A stretch of DNA of 64,000 nt from Thermodesulfobacteriota bacterium (GTDB lineage: Bacteria > Desulfobacterota > Desulfobulbia > Desulfobulbales > SURF-16). The translations under genes were made by a program, and so were the position numbers. The stretch spans positions 1 through 64,000 of the forward strand of contig JBFMAY010000020.1 in NCBI GenBank assembly GCA_040755455.1. The letters are read 5' to 3'. Below, in pieces: positions 1-10,828 of the stretch. The notes under the pieces are model-generated. The model was not told where the DNA came from. It worked only from the letters and a program-made list of their open reading frames with translations, and made no database searches. The stretch's first letter is position 1. Every line of letters begins with the position of its first letter.

Positions 1-349
1 CTAAGCTTTTCCTGCCCATGTGGGGCATTACCCTGCTCAAGGAGATTTCTTTAAGTATTTCAGCGGCCGTTATGAAGGCATTGCCAATTTTACCTACCAT
101 TATCTGTTCTTGCTCAGGCTTTATCCTGAGGCTGGCGAAAATGACAGAACGATACAAGGATGTTCACTAATTCCTGAAACAATCAGGGCAGAAAAAAAGC
201 AGGAGCCTGAAACTTTGCGCAGATGAACCTGAAAGAGAAATGGAGCCGGAGGGACGTCCGCCGGCTGAAGGGCAGGGGAAAAGGTGTTCCGGTTATCTTT
301 GCTGCGGGCTGTTGGAGCGAGAGAGCGGCTTTGCATTGATCTCTTCACT

Positions 350-2215
350 CTAGATTTTTGCTGTTGCCTGCGGGCTTCCGTTCATCTGCCCATATGACTG
401 CTGTTCTGGCAGGTCATCAAGTTGTTTGGAAAACTCGCTTTCCAGCTTATAGCGGTCGATTTTCCGGCGCAGCGTGTCTTTGGAAATGCCCAGTTCGCGG
501 CAGGTTGCCATCCGTTTCCAGCTGTTTCTTTCCAGGGCCATGTAAATGGCTTGTTTTTCAATTTCATCCAGTGTTTGCAGTCCCTGTTTTGATGAAGTCT
601 TCTCGCTGTCTGCGCCAGGTCTGATGCATGGTACGGCAAATGGTTCCGGCAGATGTTCCGGCTGGATGAAGCCGCCTTCGCAGAGAATAAAAGCATATTC
701 AATAATATTTTCAAGTTCCCTGATATTGCCAGGATAGTTGTAGCGCATGAGGAGATTCAGTGCGGCGCTGGAGATGCCGACGATATCTTTTCCCTGCTGG
801 GCGCTGTATTGTTTAATGAAGTGCTCGATTAATATCGGCACATCCTCCATGCGTTCCCGCAGCGGCGGGAGATGTATTTTGACCACGTTGAGACGATAAA
901 AAAGATCTTCACGGAACAGCCCTTTATGGACAAGCTCCTGCAGGTCGCGGTTGGTTGCGGTGATAATACGGACATCTGCCTTGACCGGGACATTGGAGCC
1001 AAGCGGCTCGTATATTTTATTCTGCAGAACCCGGAGCAGTTTAACCTGCAGTGATTGGGGAATATCGCCGATTTCGTCAAGGAAGAGGGTGCCTTTCTCC
1101 GCAGCGGCAAAGCGGCCCTCCTTGTTCTGTTTGGCATCGGTAAAGGCTCCGGCCTTGTAGCCGAACAACTCTGATTCCAGCAGGGTTTCAGGCAGGGCGC
1201 CGCAGTTAACGGCGACAAAGGGTTTGTCGTTACGTGTGCTGGCGTGATAAATGGCCCTGGCTACCAGTTCCTTGCCTGTTCCGCTTTCTCCGAGAATGAG
1301 CACGGTGCTCGGACTGCGGGCGATGTCCGGAAGAATGCCGAAAATTCGCTGCATAGATGTGCTTTTACTGATAATCTCGTCAAAGGTGTAGCTTTTGCTC
1401 AGCTGTTTCTGCAGCATTGAGATGGCGGAAAGATCACGGAAGGTCTCCACCCCGCCAATAATGTTGCCCTCATGATCGGTGAGGGGTGAAGCGCAGATGC
1501 TGACCGGAACCCGACTGCCATCGATATGGCCGATGGTGATTGAGCGGTTCGGTACGGGTTTGCCGCTATACAGACTCTGGGCGATGGCGCAGCTTTTGCC
1601 GCAGATGCTGGAATGGAAGACATCCCCGCAGAATTTGCCGATGGCATCCTCTTTGTTCCAGCCGGTGATGGACTCGGCCGCAGCATTAAAAGATGTTATC
1701 TTCCAGTTGCGGTCAACGGTAAATACTCCGTCAGCGATACTGTCTAAAATCATTCTGGTGCACATGTAGCTTGAGGAAGCGTCCTGAAAAATGACAATAG
1801 CGCCGGAGGGATTTCCCTCCTTGCTGGGAATTGGCACAGCGGTTGCCAGCACGGCGGTCAGTTTGTTATTGGTGGTGTTTTCAATGACCAGGTTGAAGTC
1901 GGTGACTATTTTCCCGGCGGAAATGGAGGGGCAAAGGGATGAAAAAAGTTCTGCAAAACGCTTGTCGTTACCAAAGATTTCATGACAGCTTCTGCCGAGC
2001 ACGTTGTCAGATTTAAGACCGAAAAGATCCTCCGCCGCCTTGTTGAACGAGGTGAGTTCCCAGTTGGCATTTATCATGAAAATCGCGTCTGTCACCTTGG
2101 GAGTTTTGCTTTTCTGGGGTACTGGCACCATGAGATTCTCCGCAGGGATAGTATCGAGAGGATTCTGAAAATATTGGGGCTTCTCACCTAATTTTAACTT
2201 GTAATACATTATCAC
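350..2215 (-). CDS. Sigma54-dependent transcriptional activator, two PAS domains + AAA+ + Fis-type HTH
   Basis: Walker A GESGTGKE, GAFTDA loop, LFLDEIG, two PAS-like repeats (DAIFMIN..., DGVFTVD...), C-terminal LGISKDTLRRKI HTH. Start codon uncertain. Confidence 0.9.
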   Translation of the reverse strand: MIMYYKLKLGEKPQYFQNPLDTIPAENLMVPVPQKSKTPKVTDAIFMINANWELTSFNKAAEDLFGLKSDNVLGRSCHEIFGNDKRFAELFSSLCPSISAGKIVTDFNLVIENTTNNKLTAVLATAVPIPSKEGNPSGAIVIFQDASSSYMCTRMILDSIADGVFTVDRNWKITSFNAAAESITGWNKEDAIGKFCGDVFHSSICGKSCAIAQSLYSGKPVPNRSITIGHIDGSRVPVSICASPLTDHEGNIIGGVETFRDLSAISMLQKQLSKSYTFDEIISKSTSMQRIFGILPDIARSPSTVLILGESGTGKELVARAIYHASTRNDKPFVAVNCGALPETLLESELFGYKAGAFTDAKQNKEGRFAAAEKGTLFLDEIGDIPQSLQVKLLRVLQNKIYEPLGSNVPVKADVRIITATNRDLQELVHKGLFREDLFYRLNVVKIHLPPLRERMEDVPILIEHFIKQYSAQQGKDIVGISSAALNLLMRYNYPGNIRELENIIEYAFILCEGGFIQPEHLPEPFAVPCIRPGADSEKTSSKQGLQTLDEIEKQAIYMALERNSWKRMATCRELGISKDTLRRKIDRYKLESEFSKQLDDLPEQQSYGQMNGSPQATAKI

Positions 2216-2380
2216 AAATCGGAAAATGTGGCAAATTGACGCAACGGAATCAAAATAAGCCCGAATCGGCCGGTGGTCGCAAAATTATCCCTTGCCTATC
2301 TGGCTGAAAATTATATCATGGGGAAGGGTATTGTTTGGGGAAACGCGATGTTGCCCTGCAGCCATTGAGGAGTAATAAAT

Positions 2381-3037
2381 ATGGATGAAATGAATCAGCT
2401 TATACATACCATCTCGCTGAGTATGGGAGCGGCCTGGGCAAGCGGTATCAATCTTTATGCCACTCTGCTTACTCTGGGCCTGCTTGGCGCCACCGGCAAC
2501 ATGACGCTTCCCCCGGATTTACAGATTTTAACCAATCCTCTGGTCATCGGAGCAGCTGGCCTCATGTATGTGGTGGAGTTTGTCGCGGACAAGATGCCCG
2601 GAGTCGATACCGGCTGGGATTCCATCCATACCTTTATCCGCATTCCGGCAGGGGCCATGCTGGCGGCAGGAAGCCTGGGCGAAGTCAACAGCGCGGTGAC
2701 GGTAACGGCCGCCATTCTAGGCGGCACCCTGGCCGCAGGCAGTCATGCGACCAAGGCCGGTTCCAGAGTTCTGATCAACACCTCGCCGGAACCATTCAGC
2801 AACTGGCTTGCCTCCCTGGTCGAGGATGTGGCGGTCATTGCCGGTGTCTGGGCGGCCCTGGCCCATCCCTATGTTTTTTTAGTTGTGCTGCTTATTCTCA
2901 TCGTTCTGATGATATGGGTGCTGCCGAAACTGTGGACAGCAATCAAAAAGGTTTTTACCGTTCTGGGCCGCCTCTTTACCGGCAATAAAGGGACTCCGCC
3001 CCCAACAATCGACAGTCAGCCTTCGCCCCGGCCCTGA
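2381..3037 (+). CDS. DUF4126-family membrane protein
   Basis: WASGINLYA, EFVADKMPGVD..WD, NTSPEPFSN motifs; GAGGAG RBS upstream. Confidence 0.8.
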   Translation: MDEMNQLIHTISLSMGAAWASGINLYATLLTLGLLGATGNMTLPPDLQILTNPLVIGAAGLMYVVEFVADKMPGVDTGWDSIHTFIRIPAGAMLAAGSLGEVNSAVTVTAAILGGTLAAGSHATKAGSRVLINTSPEPFSNWLASLVEDVAVIAGVWAALAHPYVFLVVLLILIVLMIWVLPKLWTAIKKVFTVLGRLFTGNKGTPPPTIDSQPSPRP

Positions 3038-3299
3038 CGCTACGTTTCTTCTCCTTGCCGGGGGTGGTCTGCCTTTGTTGTTGTGCCCCCGAAACAAATC
3101 CGCATCATCACCAGGCCGGAATCATTGCTGTTTCGGCTAGTTCAGCTTTTTTCCGCAATGGTCCGTCCCGCCAGGTATCTTTTCTGGTTTTTTTATGGTA
3201 TATTCCTGCGCCGTTTACTGGAAACGGCCGTAGTTTTGTAACTTTTCAGAAATATAGGGAAAATTCATATAAACTGATACAGCTTAAAAGGAGCATAAA

Positions 3300-3728
3300 A
3301 TGGCAGAGGCAAAAAAAGGCGATAGCGTTAAAATTCACTATACCGGCAAACTTGCTGACGGCACGGTTTTTGATTCATCGGCTGGCCGCGATCCTTTGGG
3401 ATTCACCATTGGCGGCGGGCAGGTGATTCCCGGATTTGAGGAGGCGGTGATCGGTATGAGCCTGGGGGCTTGCAAAAATGTGACGATCCCGGTGGAAAAA
3501 GCGTATGGGCCGCGCAATGAGGAGCTGATAATGCCTTTCCCCAGGAATCAGGTGCCGCCTGGTTTAAATCCCGAGGTGGGACAAAAGCTGCAGTTGAGCG
3601 GCCCTGACGGCGAACCCGTTATGGTTTCAGTGGCGAATATAACGGACGAGCACGTCATTCTGGATGCCAATCCCCCACTGGCTGGAGAAGAGCTGATCTT
3701 TGATATCGAGCTGGTGGAGATCGCTTAG
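3300..3728 (+). CDS. slyD: FKBP-type peptidyl-prolyl isomerase (SlyD-like, no His-rich tail)
   Basis: VKIHYTGKLADGTVFDSS, VIPGFEEA, DANPPLAG; AGGAG RBS. Confidence 0.9.
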   Translation: MAEAKKGDSVKIHYTGKLADGTVFDSSAGRDPLGFTIGGGQVIPGFEEAVIGMSLGACKNVTIPVEKAYGPRNEELIMPFPRNQVPPGLNPEVGQKLQLSGPDGEPVMVSVANITDEHVILDANPPLAGEELIFDIELVEIA

Positions 3729-3802
3729 GCCGGAGCGGGACTTTCATTATTTGTTGTTCCCGCTTACGGAGATGGGGGTTAGCTGGCATCCGTTTTCAGA
3801 AT

Positions 3803-3859
3803 ATCTTCCGGCCGGGAGGGTTCCGCCAAGTTAACAGGGAGGCCTCCTGGCCGGAAGAT
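3803..3859. repeat. Inverted repeat / hairpin between convergent genes
   Basis: ATCTTCCGGCCGGGAGG (3803-3819) pairs with CCTCCTGGCCGGAAGAT (3843-3859), one mismatch. Confidence 0.6.
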
Positions 3860-3916
3860 GGGCAGTGAGTGTTGCAACTGGCCCCCTGCCTGCCGTGCGT
3901 GCGGGGCCGGCGAATT

Positions 3917-4441
3917 TTACCACTTTTCCTTGTGCACGCATTCACTTCTGAATCGGGTGCGGGCCTCGGGCTTTTCGGCCGGCCAGCCCAAGGCGATGGC
4001 GCACATGGGAATGATGCCCTCCGGCAGACCAAACATCTTTTTTATCCCTTCCATCCGTTCCGCGCGCGGATGAACGCCAAGCCAGCAGGAGCCAAGACCC
4101 GAAGCGTTGGCGGCCAGCAGGATGTTTTCCACCGCAGCGCTTAGATCCTGCAGCATGTAGGATTCCTTTTTGTCATGGGCCCGGTTGATGTCGCCGCAGA
4201 CCACCAAGGCGGCGGTTGCCTGGCGCAGCATCTTGCCGTGGGGCAGAATGTCCGCCAGTCTGTCCAGGTTTTCCCGTCTGCGGAGCACAATGAAATGCCA
4301 GGGGTCCCTGGCTACTGCCGACGGAGCGGCCATGCCGGCCTCCAGCAGATCGGCCAGGATCGCCTCCGGCACCTCGTGATCCTCATACCGGCGGATGCTG
4401 CGCCGGGTAAAGATAAAGTCCAGTTTAGGGTTCATGCTCAT
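3917..4441 (-). CDS. Nitroreductase family protein
   Basis: RRSIRRY, AAPSA...PWHF, GLGSCWLG motifs; start placed after AAGGAGA RBS. Confidence 0.9.
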   Translation of the reverse strand: MSMNPKLDFIFTRRSIRRYEDHEVPEAILADLLEAGMAAPSAVARDPWHFIVLRRRENLDRLADILPHGKMLRQATAALVVCGDINRAHDKKESYMLQDLSAAVENILLAANASGLGSCWLGVHPRAERMEGIKKMFGLPEGIIPMCAIALGWPAEKPEARTRFRSECVHKEKW

Positions 4442-4510
4442 TCTCCTTTCTGTTCCCTGTGCTTGCAAATTGATAACGATTTTGCCTGCCCTGCATCTGC
4501 TGTCAAAGTA

Positions 4511-4732
4511 TTATGCGGATGACTTCAGGGCAAATATCGCCTTCACCGCCAGCAGGAGCCAGGGGGCGCCGTGCAGGAAAAAGTCGAACCAGTCGATGGG
4601 CCGGACCAGTTGGCCTTTTACCAGCATCTGCAGTTTTTCCCACACGTGGGGCGGATGAAAGGGGGCAAGACCGATGGTCAGGCAGGCGATGATAAGTACC
4701 CACCAGGGGAAGGTTGCGAGAATTTTTTCCAT
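4511..4732 (-). CDS. Small membrane protein (LGLAPF..PH..EKL..L..PIDWFD family)
   Basis: Two hydrophobic segments and a conserved-looking GLAPFHPPHVWEKL motif. Confidence 0.65.
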   Translation of the reverse strand: MEKILATFPWWVLIIACLTIGLAPFHPPHVWEKLQMLVKGQLVRPIDWFDFFLHGAPWLLLAVKAIFALKSSA

Positions 4733-4931
4733 CTGATTGTATTGAATCTGCTGAAATGTCACAGCTTGCGGTATATAAGGGAACGATGATGTTGCACTAT
4801 GCAAAAAAAAACGGGAAAAGTCGAAATATTTTGACCATGGCCGAGAAAATTACCTTGGCTGTCCCATAGTCCCATATGTCTGCCATCTGGATGCTATCTT
4901 TCCCTACACCGCTGATTAAGGGTTGAAAAAT

Positions 4932-6086
4932 ATGGATTTTCTGCTGCTTCTGTCTATTGTCACCTTCATCGGCATCGCAGTCTTCGGCCTCCATGGATGG
5001 TGCGGCGCGAGGCGCATGACGTGGCTTGACGATATTGCTCCCCTGGCTGATGAAGTCCGGCCTGCCGTTTCCGTCATCATTCCCGCCTTAAATGAAGAGA
5101 AAAATATCCGTACGGCGTTGCTGTCGGTGCTGGCCCTTGATTACCGGCCTCTGGAGATCATCGTGGTCAACGACCGCTCAACCGATGCCACCGGCGCCAT
5201 CCTGGAAGAAATCAGCGCCCTGCATCCGCAGCTTGCGGTAATACATGTCAGCGAACTGCCCGGTGGCTGGCTCGGCAAGAATCACGCCCTGCACCTGGGG
5301 GCGGAGCGGGCAATGGGCGAGTATCTTCTTTTCACCGATGCCGATGTCGTCATGGAGCCCTCCACCTTAAAGAGGGCCATGGCGCGGATGTGCGCCCGCA
5401 ACCTGGACCATCTCACCCTTTTTTTCAGGGCTGTCCTGCCATCGAGTTTGCTGCAAATGGTGGTGATCGAATTCGGGGTCAGTCTGATCAGCTATCTGCA
5501 GCCATGGAAGGCCGCTGATCCGGTATCGGATAAATTCATCGGCATCGGCGCATTCAATTTGGTGCGGGCTGCCGCCTACCGCGGGGCAGGCGGCCATGCA
5601 GCCATCAGGCTTTGCCCCCTGGACGATATCATGCTTGGCAAACTCCTCAAAATGCGTGGTTTTATGCAGGAATGCCTGTACGGTTACCATTTTATTGCCG
5701 TGCAATGGTATGGCTCCATCAGGGAGATGAGCAGGGGGCTCAGGAAAAACACCTACGCGGCCCTTGAATACAGCTTTCCCAGGCTCTGTGTCCTCACCGG
5801 CCTGCAGCTTCTCATCAGCATCTGGCCGCCATGGGCCTTGTTTATGACTGAAGGGGCGACACGTTTGGTCAATCTCGCTGTTATTGTCCTGCAGGCAACC
5901 CTGTTTGTCATGGCGGCGCTGTACAGCGGCATTGCCTGGCGGCACGTCATCTGGTTCCCCTTGACGCCGTATATCAGGCTCTGCATGACATGGCAGGCTG
6001 TGCTGGCGACCATCCTGCAGCAAGGCATTGTCTGGCGTGGAACCTTTTATTCCTTGCCGGAGCTGAAAAAGGGGAGGGTATTGTGA
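4932..6086 (+). CDS. Glycosyltransferase family 2 (HpnB/CrtQ-like, membrane-bound)
   Basis: SVIIPALNEE, VNDRSTDAT, GWLGKNHAL, FTDADV, C-terminal TM helices and WRG motif. Confidence 0.85.
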   Translation: MDFLLLLSIVTFIGIAVFGLHGWCGARRMTWLDDIAPLADEVRPAVSVIIPALNEEKNIRTALLSVLALDYRPLEIIVVNDRSTDATGAILEEISALHPQLAVIHVSELPGGWLGKNHALHLGAERAMGEYLLFTDADVVMEPSTLKRAMARMCARNLDHLTLFFRAVLPSSLLQMVVIEFGVSLISYLQPWKAADPVSDKFIGIGAFNLVRAAAYRGAGGHAAIRLCPLDDIMLGKLLKMRGFMQECLYGYHFIAVQWYGSIREMSRGLRKNTYAALEYSFPRLCVLTGLQLLISIWPPWALFMTEGATRLVNLAVIVLQATLFVMAALYSGIAWRHVIWFPLTPYIRLCMTWQAVLATILQQGIVWRGTFYSLPELKKGRVL

Positions 6087-6153
6087 AAGCGCACGGCATT
6101 TTCCTGCTGCAGGCAGTCTCTTACCTTGGGAAGTTAAGGCAGACCGGGGATGG

Positions 6154-7992
6154 CTACAAGGGCAAGCCGTCTTGCTGGGGCTGGGGGCTCTGCAGAAGAT
6201 GTTGCCGGCCGGAGCAAAGGTCCTCAGTCAGTTTTTCCACCGCATTCAGCCAGTGCGCTACTCCTCTGCACAGCGGCGATTCATCGGTGTTATCTCTGCA
6301 TACAGTTATATTACCTTCAGCGAGAACGTACTGCATACCGGGCAGCGGCCGGATGCTGAGATCGGGGGGGGTGCGGGTTAAACCCATGACGGTGGCCCGG
6401 TCCTCACCCAGGAGACCGAGCAACAGATCCGGCAACCGGTAGAGCGGCAGATCGCCGGCCGGAACCGGGCCGGCCTCACCGTCAATGATGATCAGAGGGG
6501 TCTGCGTCATGGTGGCAAACATGTCATCGGTGAACTCGCTGCGCTCAGCGGCCAGCAGACTGGATTCCACGAAGGCCTCGTAGTTGTTACCCAGAAAGGG
6601 CAGATGGTCTCCGAACAGCACGATCAGGCCGTTGGGGTCCACCTGCAGCAGTTCATCGAGGAAATCCATGAGCTCCCGGGACTTGTAATAAATTGTGTTG
6701 GCATAGGCCTCCACCAGCGGTTCGGCGCTGGCTGCGGTTATCACCGGCGGACGCTCAGGGCCGAGAGGGTAATCCTGGTGGCCGAAGAAGGTCAGTATGT
6801 AATTAAGCATCGGTACCCCGCTTTCCAGCAGGGGTTGGATACGGGACATGACCTGGCGGTAGAGGGAGGCGTCACTGAGGAATTCCCGGTTCATGTCGTC
6901 CAGCTCGAAGTGATCTTTGGACCAGTAATGCTGAAATCCCACCCGGCGGTAGGCATGCACACGGTTCCAGAACATGGCCACGTTCGGATGGGAGGCCAGG
7001 GTGGCATAACCCTCCTCGGCCAGGTGCCTGGGCAGACAGTAAGCGTCACGGCGCAGTCTGCCCTCAAAGAACACCGCATCGTGGGTGACCGGGAATCCGC
7101 ACAGCGCCTCAAACTCGGCGTTAGCGGTGTAGCCGCCGAATACGGGAGACAGCGCATGTGATTCCCCCGAGGCCGCCCACAGTGCCCGGAACCTGGGATC
7201 AAGCGGGTCTTCAGACAGTTTGGCCGAGCGGAGCAGGGCCGGATCCCAGAATGATTCAAGTACGATCATGTGGAGATTGCGTTGGGGCTGGACGCCGGCG
7301 TCCTTAAAGCCTGCGCGTACTAAGAAGCCTGGTTTCAAGGTTGCCACGGCGACTCCGACCTCGGCGGGTGTCGGGTTGGCGACCTTGAGGGCCAGATAGC
7401 GGGTACTCTCGTGGGTGAGGTGGAACAGTAGCCCGCGATTCTGGAAATTGCCCTGCTGATCCCAGACCGAGTTGCCGAACCAGCGGTCCATTGCCCCTGT
7501 CACTACAGCCGGCAGTTGGGTTAGAGTCAACATGACCGAGCCCAGCAGTCCTACAGCGAGCCAGGCCCGCCGCCTGCGCAACTGCAGCATGCCCAGCAGG
7601 AGGAGCGCGGCAGAGGCGCTGAGTCCGGTCAACAGGGCGAACTGCCAGCCGTGCAGGATCAGAAACAGGCTTCGTAGCGCCCGGAAGTCGTCCGGCATGA
7701 TCGGTCCGCCGAGCATGGCCACCTTGGCGGCATTTACCAGATGCAGGAGAGCCAGCAGGACAAGGAGAACCGCGATAAACCAGGCAGGGCTGCGGGCCAG
7801 GGCGTAAAGCATTACGCCGAGCAGCAGGTGGGCGAGCAGATCCATCGGCATGGCGCTCGGTTCGATTGCCACATCAAACCACACCCAGGTGACGACCTGC
7901 AGAAGCACGTAATAGAGCCCAGTGAAGCCAAGGGCCGCGGGCCAGCAACTCCCGAGCGCACATATATCTAATGGAGAGTTACCCTGCTTCAT
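6154..7992 (-). CDS. LTA synthase / sulfatase-family membrane protein
   Basis: N-terminal TM helices, IVLESFWDP, GGYTANAEFEALCG, FGDHLP motifs. Confidence 0.85.
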   Translation of the reverse strand: MKQGNSPLDICALGSCWPAALGFTGLYYVLLQVVTWVWFDVAIEPSAMPMDLLAHLLLGVMLYALARSPAWFIAVLLVLLALLHLVNAAKVAMLGGPIMPDDFRALRSLFLILHGWQFALLTGLSASAALLLLGMLQLRRRRAWLAVGLLGSVMLTLTQLPAVVTGAMDRWFGNSVWDQQGNFQNRGLLFHLTHESTRYLALKVANPTPAEVGVAVATLKPGFLVRAGFKDAGVQPQRNLHMIVLESFWDPALLRSAKLSEDPLDPRFRALWAASGESHALSPVFGGYTANAEFEALCGFPVTHDAVFFEGRLRRDAYCLPRHLAEEGYATLASHPNVAMFWNRVHAYRRVGFQHYWSKDHFELDDMNREFLSDASLYRQVMSRIQPLLESGVPMLNYILTFFGHQDYPLGPERPPVITAASAEPLVEAYANTIYYKSRELMDFLDELLQVDPNGLIVLFGDHLPFLGNNYEAFVESSLLAAERSEFTDDMFATMTQTPLIIIDGEAGPVPAGDLPLYRLPDLLLGLLGEDRATVMGLTRTPPDLSIRPLPGMQYVLAEGNITVCRDNTDESPLCRGVAHWLNAVEKLTEDLCSGRQHLLQSPQPQQDGLPL

Positions 7993-8313
7993 CTAATTTC
8001 TCGGGGGAGAGGGGTGTGAAAGATGGTGAGATGATAAAAGTTGCTTTACGTGTTAAGCCGGTCGGATAAGATTGTGGTTCCTTATCTCATGTCAGTCGCA
8101 GCATAGGGGGAAAACCACTCTCTAATTAAACAACTATCATGGCCCTTTACAGGTGTCAATGGTTAATTTAAAAATAGATTTCTGTTAGAAAAAAAAGCAG
8201 GCCCGTGGTGTTAACCAACCGGCGAATGTGCGAGCATGAAGAGTTTAATGAATTTCATTGATCAAAGATCAAGCTCTGCCCCGATTCTATCGGCAAATGA
8301 CTTTTCTGAAATG

Positions 8314-8349
8314 CGAAAACGCGCCTGGAAGCTCCCGGGCGCGTTTTCG
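8314..8349 (-). terminator. Probable intrinsic terminator of actP
   Basis: CGAAAACGCGCCTGG / CCGGGCGCGTTTTCG hairpin about 30 nt after the actP stop. Confidence 0.6.
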
Positions 8350-8380
8350 TTGGTACGACAAAAAACAAGAGGATAACAGT

Positions 8381-9958
8381 TTATTCGGCACCGACTCCAA
8401 GGTAGGTGCGAAGCTTCTCATCCTCGAACATCTGCTCAGCAGCCTTCTCCTTGGTCATGAGAGAGACAAGCCAACCCACGATGAAGGAGGCGGTCATGGA
8501 AACAATGGCCGGATTCTTCAGGGCAAACAGCGCGGAGCCTTTCGGATTCTTCAGCACATCCTCCCAGACGGTGGGGCTGATGATAATCAGGCCAACGGCC
8601 AGGAAGGCGCCGGTCAGGATGGAGCAGACCGCGCCGGCAGTGGTGAAGCGTTTCCAGAAAATGGACAGGGTCAGGGCCGGGAAGTTGGCGCTGCAGGCGA
8701 TGGCAAAGGCAAGACCTACCATGAACGCCACGTTCTGTCCTTTAAACAGGATACCCAGCAGTACCGCAACAACGCCGAAGATCAGGGTGGCGATGCGGCT
8801 GGCCAGCACCTCCTCCTTCTCGGTGGCCTTACCGCGCTTGATGACATGCGCATAGATATCATGGGAAATGGCCGAGGCCGCGGCCAGGGTCAGGCCGGCA
8901 ACCACCGCCAGGATGGTGGCAAAGGCCACCGCGGCGATGAAACCAAGAAACGGCGTGCCGCCGAGGAACTCGGCCAGCAGCGGGGCAGCCATGTTGCCGC
9001 CCTTGTCGATCTGGGTGATGATGTCACGACCGATGAGGGCCGAGGCGCCGAAACCGACAATGGGGATGATGATGTAAAAATAACCGATGAAGCCGGAGGC
9101 ATAGAGCACGGAGACGCGGGCTGCCTTGGCGTTGGGCACGGTGAAGAACCGTTGCAGAATGTGGGGCAGACCCAGCAGACCAAACATGAGGGCAAGGCCT
9201 AGGGAAACGGCGTCTATGGGGTTACTAATGAGACCGCCCGGCTCAAGGGCCGCCTGGCCATACTGGCCGGCGACCGCCGTGTAAAGAGCACCCGGATCGA
9301 AATTGAATTTGGACAGCACGATCAGCATCAGCACCGACACGCCGGAGAGCAGCAGCACGGCCTTGATGATCTGCACCCATGTAGTGGCCAGCATGCCGCC
9401 GAAAAGAACATAGGCCAGCATGATGACACCCACCAGGATTTCCGCCACCTCGTATGGCAGGCCGAACATCAGCTTGATGAGGCTGCCGGAGCCGACCATC
9501 TGGGCGATGGTGTAGAAGAGCACCGTGAGGATGCCGCCGATGGCTGAAGCAATGCGGACCGGCGTCTGTTTGAGGCGGTAGGCGACAACATCGGCAAAGG
9601 TGAACTTGCCCAGGTTGCGGAGCGGTTCGGCGATGAGAAACATCAATGCCGGCCAGCCCACGAGCCAGCCCACGGCATAGATCATGCCGTCATAGCCCTT
9701 GAGGGCGACCATGCCCGCGATGCCCAGGAAGGATGCGGCGCTCATGTAATCGCCGGCCAGGGCCAGGCCGTTCTGGAAGGCGCTGATACCGCGGCCGGCT
9801 GCGTAAAACTCCTTGGCCGACCGGGTGCGTTTGGAGGCCCAGTAGGTGATGAGCATGGTGATGACAACAATGATCAGAAAGAATGATATGGACGGCAAAG
9901 TCGGCTTCCCCAGGGTCGTCTGGATGGCGACGGCCGCCTGTTCTGTAACTGGTGGCAT
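8381..9958 (-). CDS. actP: Cation/acetate symporter (SSS family)
   Basis: FYAAGRGI..QNGLALAGDYMSAASFLG, GLPHILQRFFTVP, NVAFMVGLAFAIA; paired with an upstream DUF485 gene. Confidence 0.92.
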   Translation of the reverse strand: MPPVTEQAAVAIQTTLGKPTLPSISFFLIIVVITMLITYWASKRTRSAKEFYAAGRGISAFQNGLALAGDYMSAASFLGIAGMVALKGYDGMIYAVGWLVGWPALMFLIAEPLRNLGKFTFADVVAYRLKQTPVRIASAIGGILTVLFYTIAQMVGSGSLIKLMFGLPYEVAEILVGVIMLAYVLFGGMLATTWVQIIKAVLLLSGVSVLMLIVLSKFNFDPGALYTAVAGQYGQAALEPGGLISNPIDAVSLGLALMFGLLGLPHILQRFFTVPNAKAARVSVLYASGFIGYFYIIIPIVGFGASALIGRDIITQIDKGGNMAAPLLAEFLGGTPFLGFIAAVAFATILAVVAGLTLAAASAISHDIYAHVIKRGKATEKEEVLASRIATLIFGVVAVLLGILFKGQNVAFMVGLAFAIACSANFPALTLSIFWKRFTTAGAVCSILTGAFLAVGLIIISPTVWEDVLKNPKGSALFALKNPAIVSMTASFIVGWLVSLMTKEKAAEQMFEDEKLRTYLGVGAE

Positions 9959-10014
9959 GGAAATCTACTCCTTATTGGTTAAATGACAATCAAAAAGTGA
10001 TGAAATAAGCATTA

Positions 10015-10320
10015 TCAGTCGAACAGTTGTCCGCGCAGCTTCTCGACCTCGGGGTCGTAGATGGCGTTGGCCCAGACGACATAGGCAAGGGTCAGCAACC
10101 AGGCGAGAATGATGACGGCCACGGCCATGGGAATACCCAGAGTGACGCTTTCTCCGATCTTCTGTGCCATGAACGGTTTATTGAAGCCGATTAACAGGAC
10201 AAAACCGTAATACAGCAGGAAAAGCAGGATCATCAGCAGGGTCGAAACCTTGGCCCGTTTGGCCACAAGGGATTTGAACTGATTTGAATCGAGAACATTC
10301 TGGACGGTTTTTTTTGCCAT
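10015..10320 (-). CDS. DUF485 (YjcH-like) small membrane partner of ActP
   Basis: F..LV.KR, two TM helices, YV.WAN..YDP; AAGGAGA RBS; synteny with actP. Confidence 0.85.
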   Translation of the reverse strand: MAKKTVQNVLDSNQFKSLVAKRAKVSTLLMILLFLLYYGFVLLIGFNKPFMAQKIGESVTLGIPMAVAVIILAWLLTLAYVVWANAIYDPEVEKLRGQLFD

Positions 10321-10447
10321 TGATTTCTCCTTGACGTTGCCGGTGGATAACACACCTGAATTTTTTATATCATTGCCGCGCCTTGCGGCGAAAATTGATT
10401 GGGCAAAAGCTGCGGCTGGTAGAGCCGAATACCGCATGCCGCTAGCT

Positions 10448-10476
10448 TAAATAACCTGTCATGACGTAATTGTCAA
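10448..10476 (-). promoter_or_regulatory. Sigma70-type promoter of DUF485-actP
   Basis: Minus strand TTGACA-N17-TATTTA. Confidence 0.6.
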
Positions 10477-10828
10477 CTTCTCAGATGATATTAGTTAGCA
10501 GGGTGCAAAAAGGAGGCTACTGTCTGTGAGGATGGGCATTCGCCGGAATGTGCACACAGGTATAGGCAGGAATTATGGAGGCGGGATGGTTAATTATTTT
10601 CCTTCGGGCCGGGTTTCTCTTTTCTCAATACCCGGGTGGACAGCTTTTCAAGTCTCGACAGACAACAGTCATCTCCAAGGGGGGAACTGGTTTTTTTTCA
10701 AGGCTAACAAGCTGTTTCTATTCATTTTTTTCATTTTCGCGGAAGCCACATGACAGCAAGCCCTGCCAGTCAGCAATGATTGCAAGCAATTGGTTCGACT
10801 TTTCGGATTTGCCCCCCGCACGGAACCG

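Noticed and set aside
1..349. Short ORFs at the window start
   Set aside because: No recognisable motif or RBS. A minus-strand gene may start near 100 and run off the edge, but this cannot be supported.
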